DNA of 64,000 nucleotides, taken from contig NW_003314262.1 of NCBI RefSeq assembly GCF_000143415.4, positions 2,716,603-2,780,602 of the forward strand, written 5' to 3'. Positions 26,731 through 38,580 of this stretch are shown here, one piece after another (the stretch's first letter is position 1; each line of letters begins with the position of its first letter). The notes below the pieces were generated by a model, which was not told the DNA's origin, ran no database searches, and saw only the letters and a list, made by a program, of their open reading frames with translations. The translations under genes and the position numbers were made by a program. The DNA is from Selaginella moellendorffii (taxonomy: Eukaryota; Plantae; Lycopodiophyta).

Positions 26731-28979
26731 CATCTTTCCATTCAAAACTGAAGTTTTGGTTTTCCTTCCATTAGATAATTTGTACAATTTGTTTTTCATT
26801 TTTTGATGTTTTTAAGGGTAGAGTTTCTTACTTCATAATGCCTTTTAAAATATTTATATTCAACTTTTTAATTTTGGCCTTTTACATAATAATAAATTAA
26901 TTATAGCTCAAATACAAACTAGTGTTCATTTTTTATAAAGTATTTAAGCTTATTTGGTGGAAGCTTTCCTTTCTTTTTTATTCTGTTGCAAAAAGGATTA
27001 ATTTAGAATGTATTCCAATGTTAGCAAATATTAGTAATTACTTTTTTTCAAGTTTTTCTAAAAATAGATAAATAAAATATATTGCAGATATAGGTGGTTT
27101 TAAATGACTAATGAAGTAAGTCAAAATGGCCTTGAAGCTATATAAAGTTTTAATAAATACCTTAAGTTATAATGAAGACATATGAAAGCTATAATTAAGA
27201 AACTTAAAAGTGGTTGAAAGTGTGGTTAAATAACTAAAAGAAAATTTTATCACTTACACATTCTTCCAAAGTTTTAATATCAATAATGATATTTCTTGAA
27301 ATAACAATAGCAGGATACTTATCTAAATAAACATATTCTAAGTTAAATATTTTTCTTTAGATTTAATGAGATTATTATGAACATTAGAGTAATCTTAAAA
27401 TTTTATAGATACTTAGAGTATTCATATGTATATTTTAAAATGTTAAAAAAATATAAAAAATTCTTTTCATTAATTTATGTAGATTTTGATTTAAAATCAC
27501 ACAGGGTCATCTCTTACTTGTGCTATTAGCTTTATGATTTGAAATGGAGTAAGATTATGTGGAAACACCCATACATGTAAGATCATTGTGTTGGAAGAAA
27601 AGAAGTTGACATAATCTCTAATTTTGATGTTATGTGTAAGTAAGTATTGCCACTAAGCCATGCACAAGAGTTCCTTGCTCCCAATTTAATAGAGCATGAA
27701 TTTTTTTCCTATAAAAAGAAAAAAGGCCATAAAAGTGTAAATGTGGGGAGGTATATATATAATGATATAAATATATTGGTATCCCCTCATGTAAAGTATA
27801 TCATTTCACTATCCTGGCCTAACATAAATGACAACCCAATTCCCAATGCTTTGAAAAAGAAATGAGATGAAGGACCACATTCTCAAAATTCAAACCATAC
27901 TAGTAGGCAATTTACCTAAAAATGTATTAACATTAACAAAACAATATGAGATTTGAACCCAAAAAGTTAGCAAATCACTGCACTACAGCTGTGTACCAAA
28001 GTGTATGTCATTCAAATTACTACAAAACTCTCAGTTCTTTAGCCATGGAAAGAATCTAAAATAGAAACCACATACATTACCACGTGCATTAGAGAAGAAT
28101 TGGCATAAATCAATTACTTACATACAAATATTGTGTTATAATAATCTACACTCCCCACAATAGACTCACTATGACGATTACAAAGCTCAAACCAAAAAGC
28201 AAAAGCCCTAGAAAGAAAAGTTTATGCAGTCACTTTGTAAAACGTCCTAGCAAAATAAACTATTGTAATGCCAAAAATCTATATGGGTGATTAAGATTGA
28301 GAAATCAATAGAACTAATATTCTATAGCTACTATATGATTCAATTGTTTATTGTAAAACCATAGCACTCAACCAGCCAAAAAAAATTCTTTTTGTCATTG
28401 CCTAATGCCCTTATTGTGACACTTTAAGCACTATGTAGCCTAGATTAGTGCACAATTGTGGTATTATGCTCCAAGCACCAACACAAACCACAGGAATATT
28501 ACAAGAATATTCCATAGCCTGTGGAATATCATGCCTTAAGGGATGGGAGGCCTACCTCGAAGCTTCTAAAATGAACATAGCCAAAAGGTGTGCTCTTGTG
28601 TGAGAAATAAGGGTGCTATTATGTGAGAAATACAAGTGCTCTTTCATGAGGAATGAGAGGCAAATGACATAGTTGAATATGTGTAAAGGAAAGAAGAGAG
28701 AAGTCACAATTAAAAAAACTCACAAATCAAAGTGGAAAAAGGCAAGAATAAAAAAAAACATTTACTAAATTTGTAGTGATATTATATTATTTGAAATAAA
28801 GTGGTATCAAACTTGCATGGCAGTCTAAAGTGTTAATGCCCCATGAATACATGGCATGTCCCACAACAAAAATATTATACATAGAATCATATTTAAATTG
28901 CTCTTATAGCAATTGAAAACTAAAAATACATCCAGTTGCCATATTTAAAAATGCCCATATATGCTTTGTGTATGGCAGG

Positions 28980-30598
28980 TTTCATATAGCACTTCACCTA
29001 CAAGAATGAAGGGCAAAATGTCATGTAATGACTTCAGAACCTCACCTACAACTGGTCTTTGGGATGGCTTGCCACAACATTGACATATCAGAGCCTCCAG
29101 CTCTGCTTTTGGCTTCCCGATGGCAGGCTACGACAAGACCAACTGGGAGAATATCTTTCTAAGGCTGTAAAGGTCCACTGATCTTGAGTACACGCTCTCA
29201 CCCTTTCTTCTACTTTCTTCACTCCACAGCTCGGGGGCCATGAAAATACTCATCCCTACTGGAGCTGTATGTGAAAGTTCAGTATTGAAGTTGATGCATG
29301 CAGTACCGAAATTGGCGAGTTTCAGGACAAGCTGCTCTTCGTCCGCATCAGTGAAATCGATTAGAACGTTTTCTGGCTTGAGGTCTCTATGCACAATGTC
29401 ATTTCCATGCAGGAACTCGAGGCCCTTGGTAATCTGGAGCAGCATCTCAACCAGTTGCAAGTGCGTGAGCCCTTTGTTCTTGCTTGCATACTCTTTTAGA
29501 TCCATCCTCATTACCTCCATGACCAAGTGGGTACAGCTTTCGTCAACCTTCTTGTAGTAGCCGATGGTTTGAACAATGTGAGGAGCAGCCTGTATACTTG
29601 ATAGTGCGCGCAGTTCTGGTGGTAGATGATCAAACTCCTTGACTGCAACTAGCCTTTGATGCCACGTTCCTTTACGAACAACACCAAAGTTTCCTATACC
29701 GAGCATTTCCCCGAAATGAACACTCATGTTCTCCAAATTCAATTCGGGCAGCTCTGAAGAATTTACTCTCTATAGTATGTATTCAGCATAGTGACCTCTA
29801 AAATTCCCACATTAGGCCTGTTGTTTCAGTGCGGCTTTCAATGCTACATGCAAATTTGGCGGCAAAATCTGAATGCGACTTCCGCCAATGAGCCCGCACA
29901 TGAAATGAAGTTCCTCAACGATCTCCTTGACTTCCAATTCCCTGCTGTATTTCACAGCAGCAAGCCACTCCCAATGCTCCTCAAGCTTGGGAAACTCTTG
30001 AATCAGCCCGTTCGCTTTCCTGATGAATTGTCTTAGCCTCCTTAAGAAGAGCTTACTGCCTGCATACCCTCTCGCCATTTCAACGCTAGCCTTGCAAACC
30101 AAACGCAACAGCAAGCATTGTTCCTTATGGACTCCGACAGCACGTGCAGTCTGATCTATGTTCGTCATGATCTTATCAAGTTCAGCTTCATGCTCGACGC
30201 TGTGAATTTGTGGTGCAGGGATTCGAACCCGAAATGAAGGATGTTCTTGATGGTCAACTGGGCCGTTCCACCATAGCTTGAGTGTCAACGAACCTCTCTC
30301 CATGGTTGCGATGCAGCCCAAGCTGATCTTCAGCGGCTACTCTCACTGCTCGGAATCGGAAGGCCCAGCTGAATGATGCGGAACGTCACTACACTCTATC
30401 TTGATTTTCGCCAGAGAACACCGATTCGTGTAATTGGCTTCGCTGCAATGCATCCCCCTCAACGTTGGGATCCAGGGTCTCGTTCCATTCCGGATTCAGA
30501 GTCCTGTGTCGTACTTGGGTCTTGACCTGCTGCCCGTCGAAACTCACCATACAGTAAGGACTTGCTGATCTGCATCCATCTAACAGCGCTACATATAC
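28980..30598 (-). pseudogene. C2 domain + helical-bundle (MLKL/MCAfunc-like) domain + protein kinase, pseudogenised
   Basis: C2 PYCMVSFDGQQVKTQVRHRTLNPEWNETL...RGSLTLKLWW; helical domain IDQTARAVGVHKEQCLLLRLVC...EHWEWLAA; kinase LGIGNFGVV, VAVK, HRDLKPEN, ANFG, MAPE, VDLYS. ORFs 29812-30321 and 29128-29742 are in the same frame, separated only by point stops. Confidence 0.8.
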
Positions 30599-30752
30599 CT
30601 GCACACCCCAAAGCCAGATATGAGAATATTCTGAAAATATTTCAGGGTTTAGGAATTTATATGAAAGAGTTTAGGGTTCTTGGGTTAGGCGGGAAAACGT
30701 ATAAAAGAAGTTTCGTAGGTTCTCTATGGTCAAATTTAGGTTTTAGAGAGCT

Positions 30753-31902
30753 ATGGAGGACATACTGAGGTCAATCGATGCGATTTCTGAGCTTGCGCCA
30801 AATGCCAAAGCGTATCCTCGTCTGTGCAGGCTGCTGTTTCTGGCATGCAATCAACATGCCCTGTACTGCTCCATGTGGAAGCAGATACAAAATGCCAGAT
30901 TCCCACTATGCACACTCCCAGTTGCGGCATTGAGGCACCTTGCCCATGTATTGGATAGGGTGAATCTCCAGCAATGCAGTCATAAAGAGCACTGGGAGTG
31001 GATCGCTACATCCAGGTATGACAGGAGATACTTCTGTCAGAGCTTCAGGAATGTGTGGACATAATCAACTCGGACGCAATTCGAACGTCATGTCTTCTAA
31101 AAGAGGGTATGTGGATGAGCCGTGTTCTTGAGCAGCTGTCTGATATTGAGCGGAAGCAGGATCTGTATTATGACCTCCACAGTTTGGTAAACGAAGATTG
31201 TGCCGAATTGGTGAAGAATGCAAGTTCAGAGGAGCTTGTCAAGTACTTATCCCAAAGACAAAGTGGCTACTGTCCAAGAATAAACATGGAAGATTGGCCT
31301 GGTGGTTCAATCGAGGAGTGGTCTGATTTGAGACTTGGTTGGCTGGGTCAGGCTGTTAAACTTGTCGAGCTCGATTAAAGAGGTATTCCGAGGTGAAAGC
31401 TTATAGCTTTCCTCCTCTTTTTCTGTGCTTACCTTTCTCATGTCGTTTCCCATTGTTGCAAGATGTCAGACGAGTTGCAGAAGAGAAGGGAAATGAATGC
31501 TTTGATGAGAATCTCAAGGTGACGAAGGGTTCTTTCCTAGGTCCAAGTTCCTCTATTGTGCAGATTTTTGGGTGGTGCCACTGCCATGATACCAGGAAGC
31601 GTTACATACTTACCAAGAATTGCAACTGTTGCATAGTTATGGAGAGTGATGGCCACCACAGTCATAATAGTGAGGCAGTCACCATGTCTCACCTTTTGGA
31701 AGTCATTTACCAAGTTTCACAAACTGTTCTACACTTGCATAGACATGGTTTTTGGGAAGCTAAGGTTGACTTGAGGCTGTATAATACCATTGAGTTCATG
31801 GTTTACTGATGGTGACGGGAAAGGGAGAATGCGACAAGCTTGAAGAGCTTACTTTGTGAATCATTAAAACTGTTTGTGAAGCTGGCTAAAGCTAATTATG
31901 GT
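30753..31902 (+). pseudogene. Paralogous helical-bundle + degenerate (pseudo)kinase gene, truncated at an inversion breakpoint
   Basis: LCRLLFLAC...LRHLAHVL...KEHWEWIATSRY aligns with the left-hand gene. Kinase remnants GWLGQAVKLVE, IVQIFGWC, IVME and LLEVIYQVSQTVLHLHRHG with no HRD. Frameshift at ~31050, stop at 31376. TATAAAAG at 30700. Confidence 0.65.
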
Positions 31903-31973
31903 GAAGTTATATTCACGACAATTCCTAAGACTACTTTTGGTAGACTGTTTAGTTTGTAAGAGTTTTTGGTGAT

Positions 31974-33088
31974 TGTTGCGAATGTGACTTCGGGTCTTAA
32001 AAGTTATTTGTTGGCCAGTCCTTACGGATACTATTTCCTTACTGCCATGACGGTAGGAGGTCGATATAGCTAAACCTTTTATCAGTCCCTCTTGTGCTAG
32101 TGGAATTAATTGGGCATTTCGAGTGTATTTAAACTAGATGAGCATAAGGATAGAATTCCTACGTATTATTAGCTAAGCATATTTAGCCTGGTAAGGAGTT
32201 CCCATCTCATTATGTCTTGCATTGGTTAATGATAAGAACCCTTGTGTATTGAGATTAGTCCCTCAATATTTCAAGGTGATAGTTTACCATGTTTGCCAAA
32301 TGCCTCGCTATCATACCCTTTGTATTAATTTCATTCCGGTCCTAAATGCTATTTATAGAAAGTGTCTAGATTTGCTCATTTGGCAATGTAAAGATTGTTC
32401 TAACACAATGGTGTTCAAAATTTGCAATTTAAGAACATTCCATATTTAGTAAGTTTCAAGCTTGTCCCAGAGACTAACTCCTAATACTAAGGGAGGGTTG
32501 GGGTGAAAGCCCAAAGTGTGTGTTCCTCAAGGGGAAAGGGGGGGCTTAAGGGGGTTCCAAATGTATAATAGGGATAGTGGGTAAATTGGGCGTTGTTGAC
32601 CAACCTGAGGCATAGTTTAACTCTTACTTGCGTGCCTATCCTTGTTTTGCATCTTATTTGGGTTTAATCCCAAGTTTTATTCTATGCTAGCTGGTGGAGT
32701 ATCCATATCTTCATGTTAAACCACCAGTATGCTAAAATAGTGCTAGACTCCGTTTAGCTCTGTTTTGTGTGTTAATTCTGGTATTGAGATGTTGAATACT
32801 TTAGGATTATTCTAAGTTGCTTTATGCTTTTGTCCCTTTGCTCCCTAGGTTGTACGCTTAGGAGTCGTTCCATGCTCCAGTGCTAGTGCTCCTTGGCTCT
32901 ATGCTTAGGAGTTTGGCACCATTCCTTTGTTTAGTGGCATAAGGCCTTGAAACTTTGGTTCCACACCACTGTCCTTTGAACACATGGCATGTGGCATGTG
33001 GCATGTTATATGGAAGGTTAGGTTCCACTTCGTGGTTATCCTATAGTAAATCACCATAGGATAAGGGGTAAAAACCACATGTGCTACA
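31974..33088 (+). mobile_element. Solo LTR, family A
   Basis: TGTTGCGAATG...GTGCTACA with a 5-bp TSD GTGAT/ATGAT; interrupts the RT motif EFLVM|LLGL; homologous to 60649-63744 and 43872-44985. Confidence 0.88.
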
Positions 33089-33252
33089 ATGATGTTGCTT
33101 GGTTTGAATAATGCTTCAGTGACCTTCTAGCAGATTATGGACAAGGTTCTTTGAGATATGTTAGAAGTGATCGCTGACTTCATTAATAATGTCTTGATCC
33201 ACTCAGAAGGGATGTGAGAGGAATATATCCATGATATTTGTAAAGTGTTGGA

Positions 33253-33845
33253 TGTAAGCTTCTGAGTTTGGACTTCCCGGGAGGTCACCCAGCCCAGTAC
33301 TATTCAAACCCAAGGACGCTTAACTCCAACTATCCCAAGACCCTTAACCGATTGGAAAAGGGGGTGCACTCTTGTTCATGGGCCCTTTCCCTCTATATTT
33401 GAACCCTATGGATCGTCTCTCAAGTCGTTCCCTTTGGTTGCTTACAATCCACCACGCTTCCTTGCAAGTTCACGCCCTCGTGAACGGAAGCTGAGAGCCG
33501 CAGCTCTCCCGAGAGCCCCGCTCTCTTGACACCCTACCCCTCGGGTCGAGCCCAGTGGGAGCAAACTGGACCAGCCAGATGTCAATCAACATGTGGTGTG
33601 ATTCCCCTAGCCAACCAACAGAGTCGGACCCAAGACCTCTCTGATACCAAATGTAAGCTTCTGAGTTTGGACTTCCCGGGAGGTCACCCAGCCCAGTACT
33701 ATTCAAACCCAAGGACGCTTAACCCCAACTATCCCAAGACCCTTAACCGATTGGAAAAGGGGGTGCACTCTTGTTCATGGGCCCTTTCCCTCTATATTTG
33801 AACCCCATGGATCGTCTCTCAAGTCGTTCCCTTTGGTTGCTTACA
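33253..33845 (-). mobile_element. Cassandra-type TRIM retrotransposon with 5S rRNA-derived sequence in its LTRs
   Basis: 194-bp LTRs at 33253-33446 and 33652-33845 (TGTAAGC...GCTTACA, two differences seen); tRNA-iMet PBS TGGTATCAGAG at 33639-33649 (minus); PPT GCGTGGTGGAT; TSD TTGGA/ATGGA; each LTR carries GTTAAGCGTCCTTGGG...TAGTACTGGGCTGGGTGACCTCCCGGGAAGTCC. Confidence 0.93.
33270..33324 (-). promoter_or_regulatory. 5S rRNA internal control region (A-box/IE/C-box) within a Cassandra LTR; second copy at 33669-33723
   Basis: Matches the plant 5S core GTTAAGCGTGCTTGGGCGAGAGTAGTACTAGGATGGGTGACCTCCCGGGAAGTCC with a few substitutions. Confidence 0.88.
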
Positions 33846-36169
33846 ATGGATTGGCTATGGGAAGTTGGTTTAAAGTTGAAGCGGTCAAAATCTTTGTTTA
33901 GGTCCAAGGACATGACTTATCTTGGGTACCATATTTCTCGTAAGGGTTTGCAAATTAATCCTGACAAACTTATAGCTATTCTAAAATTCCTTACTCCAAA
34001 GTGTGTGAATGATATACAATACTTCTTAGGCAAGATGTAGTATTTCAGTCGTTTTGTAGATCATCTTTTTGATCGCACTGCACCGCTACAAGTGTTGCTG
34101 AAGTCATCAACATTATCTTTTATCTGATCTATGGACTGTGAGTGGGTGTTCATGGATTTCAAAAAGTTATTGACGACTCCTTTAGTTTTGGCATATCTTA
34201 ATTACATTTGACCTTTCATTTTGCACATGGATGCTTTTGATATTGATCTTGAAGATGTATTGATGCAAGACATCCTATTGCATATATAAGCCGTACATTA
34301 CAATTAGCAGAGGTGAACTACTCCACGACAAAGAAGGAGTGTTAATTTTAAGTATATAATTTCAAATATTTAGTATTTACACTCAAAAATTATTCTATTT
34401 GAAAGCTTCTAAAGTTTTGATATTTAAAGAAAATGCTCTTTAGATGTATTTCGTAATTTACTTAATCTTTTAGGGGTAAAAATGAACTATATAATTTAAC
34501 ACAGTAAAATTTGGGGAGTAGTAGTAGTCTGGGGTTTCGAGAAACTTCATGTGTATCTATATAATTCTCAAACATTATTGGAAGGTGATTATGCTGCAAT
34601 TACTTCATTATTGAAGTGGAAGAACCTAGTTGGTTATATTACTCAATGGGATTTGAAGCTTTAGGTATATGATTTGATATTGTGTATCACTCAGGGAGTT
34701 CCATAGTTGATGTTGATACCCTTTTTTGAGCTCCTCTTCTTTGTTAGCTCTCTTCTTATGTTTCTAACGAGCCTATTGTTCTAGCATTTGTGGATTTTCT
34801 AGACAAGAATTTTGTGCTATCAGTAGTTGTTATACTTGATGTTTAGTGTTCATAAGATGCAGAACAAGATTTACCTTTTCTTGATGAGGTTCGTGAGGCT
34901 CAAAAGATTGAGCTATGGATTTAAAAGTTTGAGATGGGTTTAAGAATTTTGTATCACTTGTTGATAACTTGCCATTATAGTATTTACATTCTCAATATCA
35001 CCTTGTCAATTGCAGTTTCCCGTTCATTTGAGTTGGTGGCATTTGATCTTGTGGGACCTTTTCCACAATCGATTATTAGCAATGAATATGTTATTGTTGG
35101 TTTTGACTACTTGATTTATTAGGTGGAAGTTGGTGCTTTTGCTAGCGCCTCTATAATTGCTATTAGATACTTCCTCTTCAATTAAGTAGTGTTCTAACAA
35201 TCTTGTCCAGAGCGGATTCTTTCCAATAATGGTCCCGTATTTATGACTGAGGCATTTCATGTTTTGACATCTCAGTACACCACACTTTCACAAGTGTTTA
35301 TCTTTTAACATTTGGATTGAGATAGTTATTTGCCATTTCTTCAGTATGCATATATCACAGGGGTGTAGAGTTTTATTGGTGCTTCACCATATTAACTCTT
35401 ATATGGTCATAATCCAATATTACTAACAGATTTGGGTTTGCCTTCACAATTGGCACGAGTTGCCAATGCTAGGTTATAGGATCAGTATTTAATGAAGATC
35501 CTTCCACTTATCCGAGTAAAGTTTACCAAACACCTAAACCACATACAAATGGAACAAAAATGGCATTACAACTCCCATCATCAATTCATTTATGGAATAT
35601 AAAGTGGATGACTTGGTGTTAATCTATTTTCTTCATCTTATGGTACATGATTTATTTAAGGGGTTCCTTGCTTAGTGGAAATGATTGTATCAAGTGTTAT
35701 AATAAGTTGGACCGCAAATGAAATTTGGCATGACATCCAACACATCAATCTTCCAAAAATTGTGCATGTGCAACAATTGAAACACTTCGTACAAAAGGAT
35801 TAGAAACAACTAATACCCTTATAGATTCATCAATGTCTCCTCTTGATATTCCTCTAGATCCCAACCCATTTATGAGGGCACCCTTCCGAAAGGAGGGGAT
35901 AATGTGAGGGCCAAGCGTATAACTATAATGTTATATATTAATATTAACGTAGTGGGATTTTAGTAGTTGTTAGATTAATTTTAATTTGGACCACTTGCTC
36001 CTATATATAAACTAAGGTTTTTGGGCTAATTGATATGCACAATTTTTATATTATATTCCATACACTCATAAGAACATTAATATTTTAAAAGGCATTATAA
36101 AGTTACTCCATTGTTGGCACAGCCTCTTATTCATACACCTCAACTATCTAGTGGAAGAAAAACCAAAAC

Positions 36170-37010
36170 TTCAACTTCAACTTCAGATGGAAAGATGTTA
36201 TGCTGAAATGGAGCTCATAGTCAAAGATGTTGGACATCTTGCCATTGCCTCCAAAGTCATCAATTTCACAGAATTCATAGGTAAGTTTGTCTCTGGTGCG
36301 TTCTGCCAGGTTCTATTAGGACTTGATCAGCCTGATTGAGAAGCAGACCCTGAGCATCAATGTCGGGAAGTTCATACCGCCACTTGATTGTCTTGATCTC
36401 CATGGAGTGAACCAGAGAATAAGGGACGATCTGATGCCAAAGTTGCAAACTCGAGATTGAATCCTCGGGCCAGGAATTGATTCCCAAGGACTGGACGGAT
36501 GTGCTTCTGTCTCTGCAAGACGCTGCTGATAATAATCTCTCAGACATGGCCCTGCTCACTGTAAGTAAACGCAAAGTTCTTGATCTGGTTGCAGCTGAAT
36601 TGACAGCATGAAGGGAGCTGTACTGGGCGATGGCAGAAATGATTCAGAACCCCTTGGTCATGCGAAAACCGCATGAAGAAATCCAAGACGCAATTGGGAC
36701 CAAGCGCCTCTTAAGGCCTTCAGATGTCCCCGGCTTGCCTTACATGCACGCAATCCTGAAAGAGGCATTAGCCAGCTACACGGTTCCTTGGAAAGCGTTC
36801 AGGACGAAAGTCTTCTCGGTTAGGCCAGTGTTTTGGATCTCTTCTGATTGCCAGATGTTGATGAGCACCGTGGAGCCTTTCGGGAGACGATCCCATTCTC
36901 TGCTGGATGCAGGATGTGCCCGGGGCATCCAGTTGCTGTTCGTTTCATCCCCTTCGCAGTTTTGCAAGCCCAGCCTTCCACCGGATCAAAACTCGGTCGA
37001 CCTGATAGAG
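36170..37010. pseudogene. Scrambled cytochrome P450 pseudogene, copy 2
   Basis: Same inverted arrangement as 25880-26730; additionally retains INVGKFIPPLDCLDLHG, which is lost from copy 1. Confidence 0.85.
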
Positions 37011-37184
37011 AAACAAGCAAGCTGGCTTCAGAGCTAACTTTGCAACTCCCCAGCTGAGCTGCAAATCTCTGTATGAATGAGGGTGAAAACTGGCAATTCA
37101 CAAAATAGGAAGCATTATGCACTTACAAGAACTCATTGAAAATCTGATGAAAACAAGTTTTCCTAGTCCCATTGAAAAACAAGT

Positions 37185-38514
37185 TTAAGTTGGCATCAAG
37201 GAAACATTCAAACTTCTGCTGTAGCAAGACCTGTAGCACGGTTTCGACGTAAAGGCCGAGAAGAGGCATATCCTCTGAGCTCGAAACCTCTTGGGCCGAT
37301 TTGCTCTGTTCCTGGTCCACATGAAATGGTTCCAGTCCTCTTGGACGAGCTGCAAATCCGCAAGCTTGGAGCGGAGGCCCTGGCAGCAGCAGTTGGCGTG
37401 AATGGTGCAAACTCTTTCCATATCGCTGGCTGGCTTGCAAAACCCAGTGAAAACCTCCGTTGGCATGAACCGGATCTTTGGCTCCTATGGCCCGGAACTC
37501 GGCGTGGAGCTTGATCCTGTCGAAGACTTCCTGGTCGTGGATGTGGTAGTAGAACTTGGCGTGCCTGTCCCAGTACTTGAAGAGCTCGATCGTCCGGTTA
37601 TTGGATCTCACGTGCATCAACCCCGTGTTGTCCTGGATAACCCGCGGAAGACGTCTGCATCCTGAAGACGATTCCTGGAGAAGAAGTTAGTACAGGAAGG
37701 CAAGGAGAAAGTGGTCCAAAGTTTTACCGAGAAGATGAAGTTGTATCCCATCTGTAGAAGAATGCTCAGGAACGATATTTTCTTCCTTGTCATTCTCAAG
37801 TAGTCCCGGGTCATGTACGGCTTCTCTGCTGAAAGGTCCACGCCATTGCTCTCGAGGAGGATGCAGTGCGGATGAGCTTCCAGGGATTTCTTGTACGCAG
37901 ATGGATCCAACGTGAAGATCACCAGCGTCGGAAGAAGGCGAGTCGTATCGTCACCGTCTTGGAAGCTAGCCAGGAAGTAGGATAGCAGTTTTGATGCCCA
38001 AGCCTTATTCAAAGGAGTCACGATGACAGTCTTGTTAAAAGCAGCTTCCTTCAGCACAGTTTGAAGATTGCGAAACTCGTCCGCGGTCTGAAAAAATTTT
38101 TTAAAAAAAAGGAAAGAAAGAAAACAGCAATCAGTGAATAGAAGAGGATTTAACTTACCAAGCTGTTGATGCTATCAGCGGCAATCCACGGTAACAGTAG
38201 CATCCGAAAGGCCGCACTCGTAGGCCAGCTGCCTGTTGTACCACTGTGGCTCCAGAGACAATTTTAAGTTGTAGACGCCGAAAATATAGAACCGAACAAG
38301 CAAGCCCGGTCTGCTACGGCACCTCATCACTGGAAAAAGAAAAAGAAAACACGAAACGGTTGTAACTTGAGGAAATCACAGCCATTGATCCGGGTAACGA
38401 AAATGCTTTCCCACCCATCTTATTTAGCTCGTGTGCATTCGCTCTGAGACAGCCACTCAAACCTTCCTCAGCAAAAATTGGCTTGAATGGAAACGTTACC
38501 GTCTCCTTACCCAT
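37185..38514 (-). pseudogene. GT77 glycosyltransferase pseudogene (duplicate)
   Basis: Near-identical to 24305-25715, but the segment after DADV (LWLRNPF...DIHNL) is deleted and frameshifts follow. Confidence 0.85.
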
Positions 38515-38580
38515 CACCGCGGTTTTGTACAGTATGCTGCTCCACATACTACTAACACTGCTATATTACTGCGCTCGAGC

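Larger units (their letters stand above)
22949..26855 (+). repeat. Segmental duplication, copy 1 (transporter 3' part, GT77, CYP pseudogene)
   Basis: Reverse-complement match to 36079-39793 across exons, introns and intergenic DNA. Confidence 0.93.
31921..36070 (+). mobile_element. Ty3/Gypsy element C, 3' half (RT C-terminus, RNase H, integrase, PPT, short 3' LTR), degenerate
   Basis: IPKTTF...EFLVM|LLGLNNASVTF, YLGYHISRKGLQINPDK and FELVAFDLVGPFP; PPT GAAAGGAGGGGATAA at ~35888-35902; LTR TGTGAG(35903)...CTCATA(36070). Confidence 0.8.

Noticed and set aside
26860-28950. AT-rich stretch possibly derived from a DNA transposon
   Set aside because: No terminal repeats, TSD or transposase motif could be identified by eye.
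33270-33324. 5S rRNA gene
   Set aside because: Only the ~55-bp internal control region is present, embedded in TRIM LTRs; the 5S 5' and 3' ends are missing.
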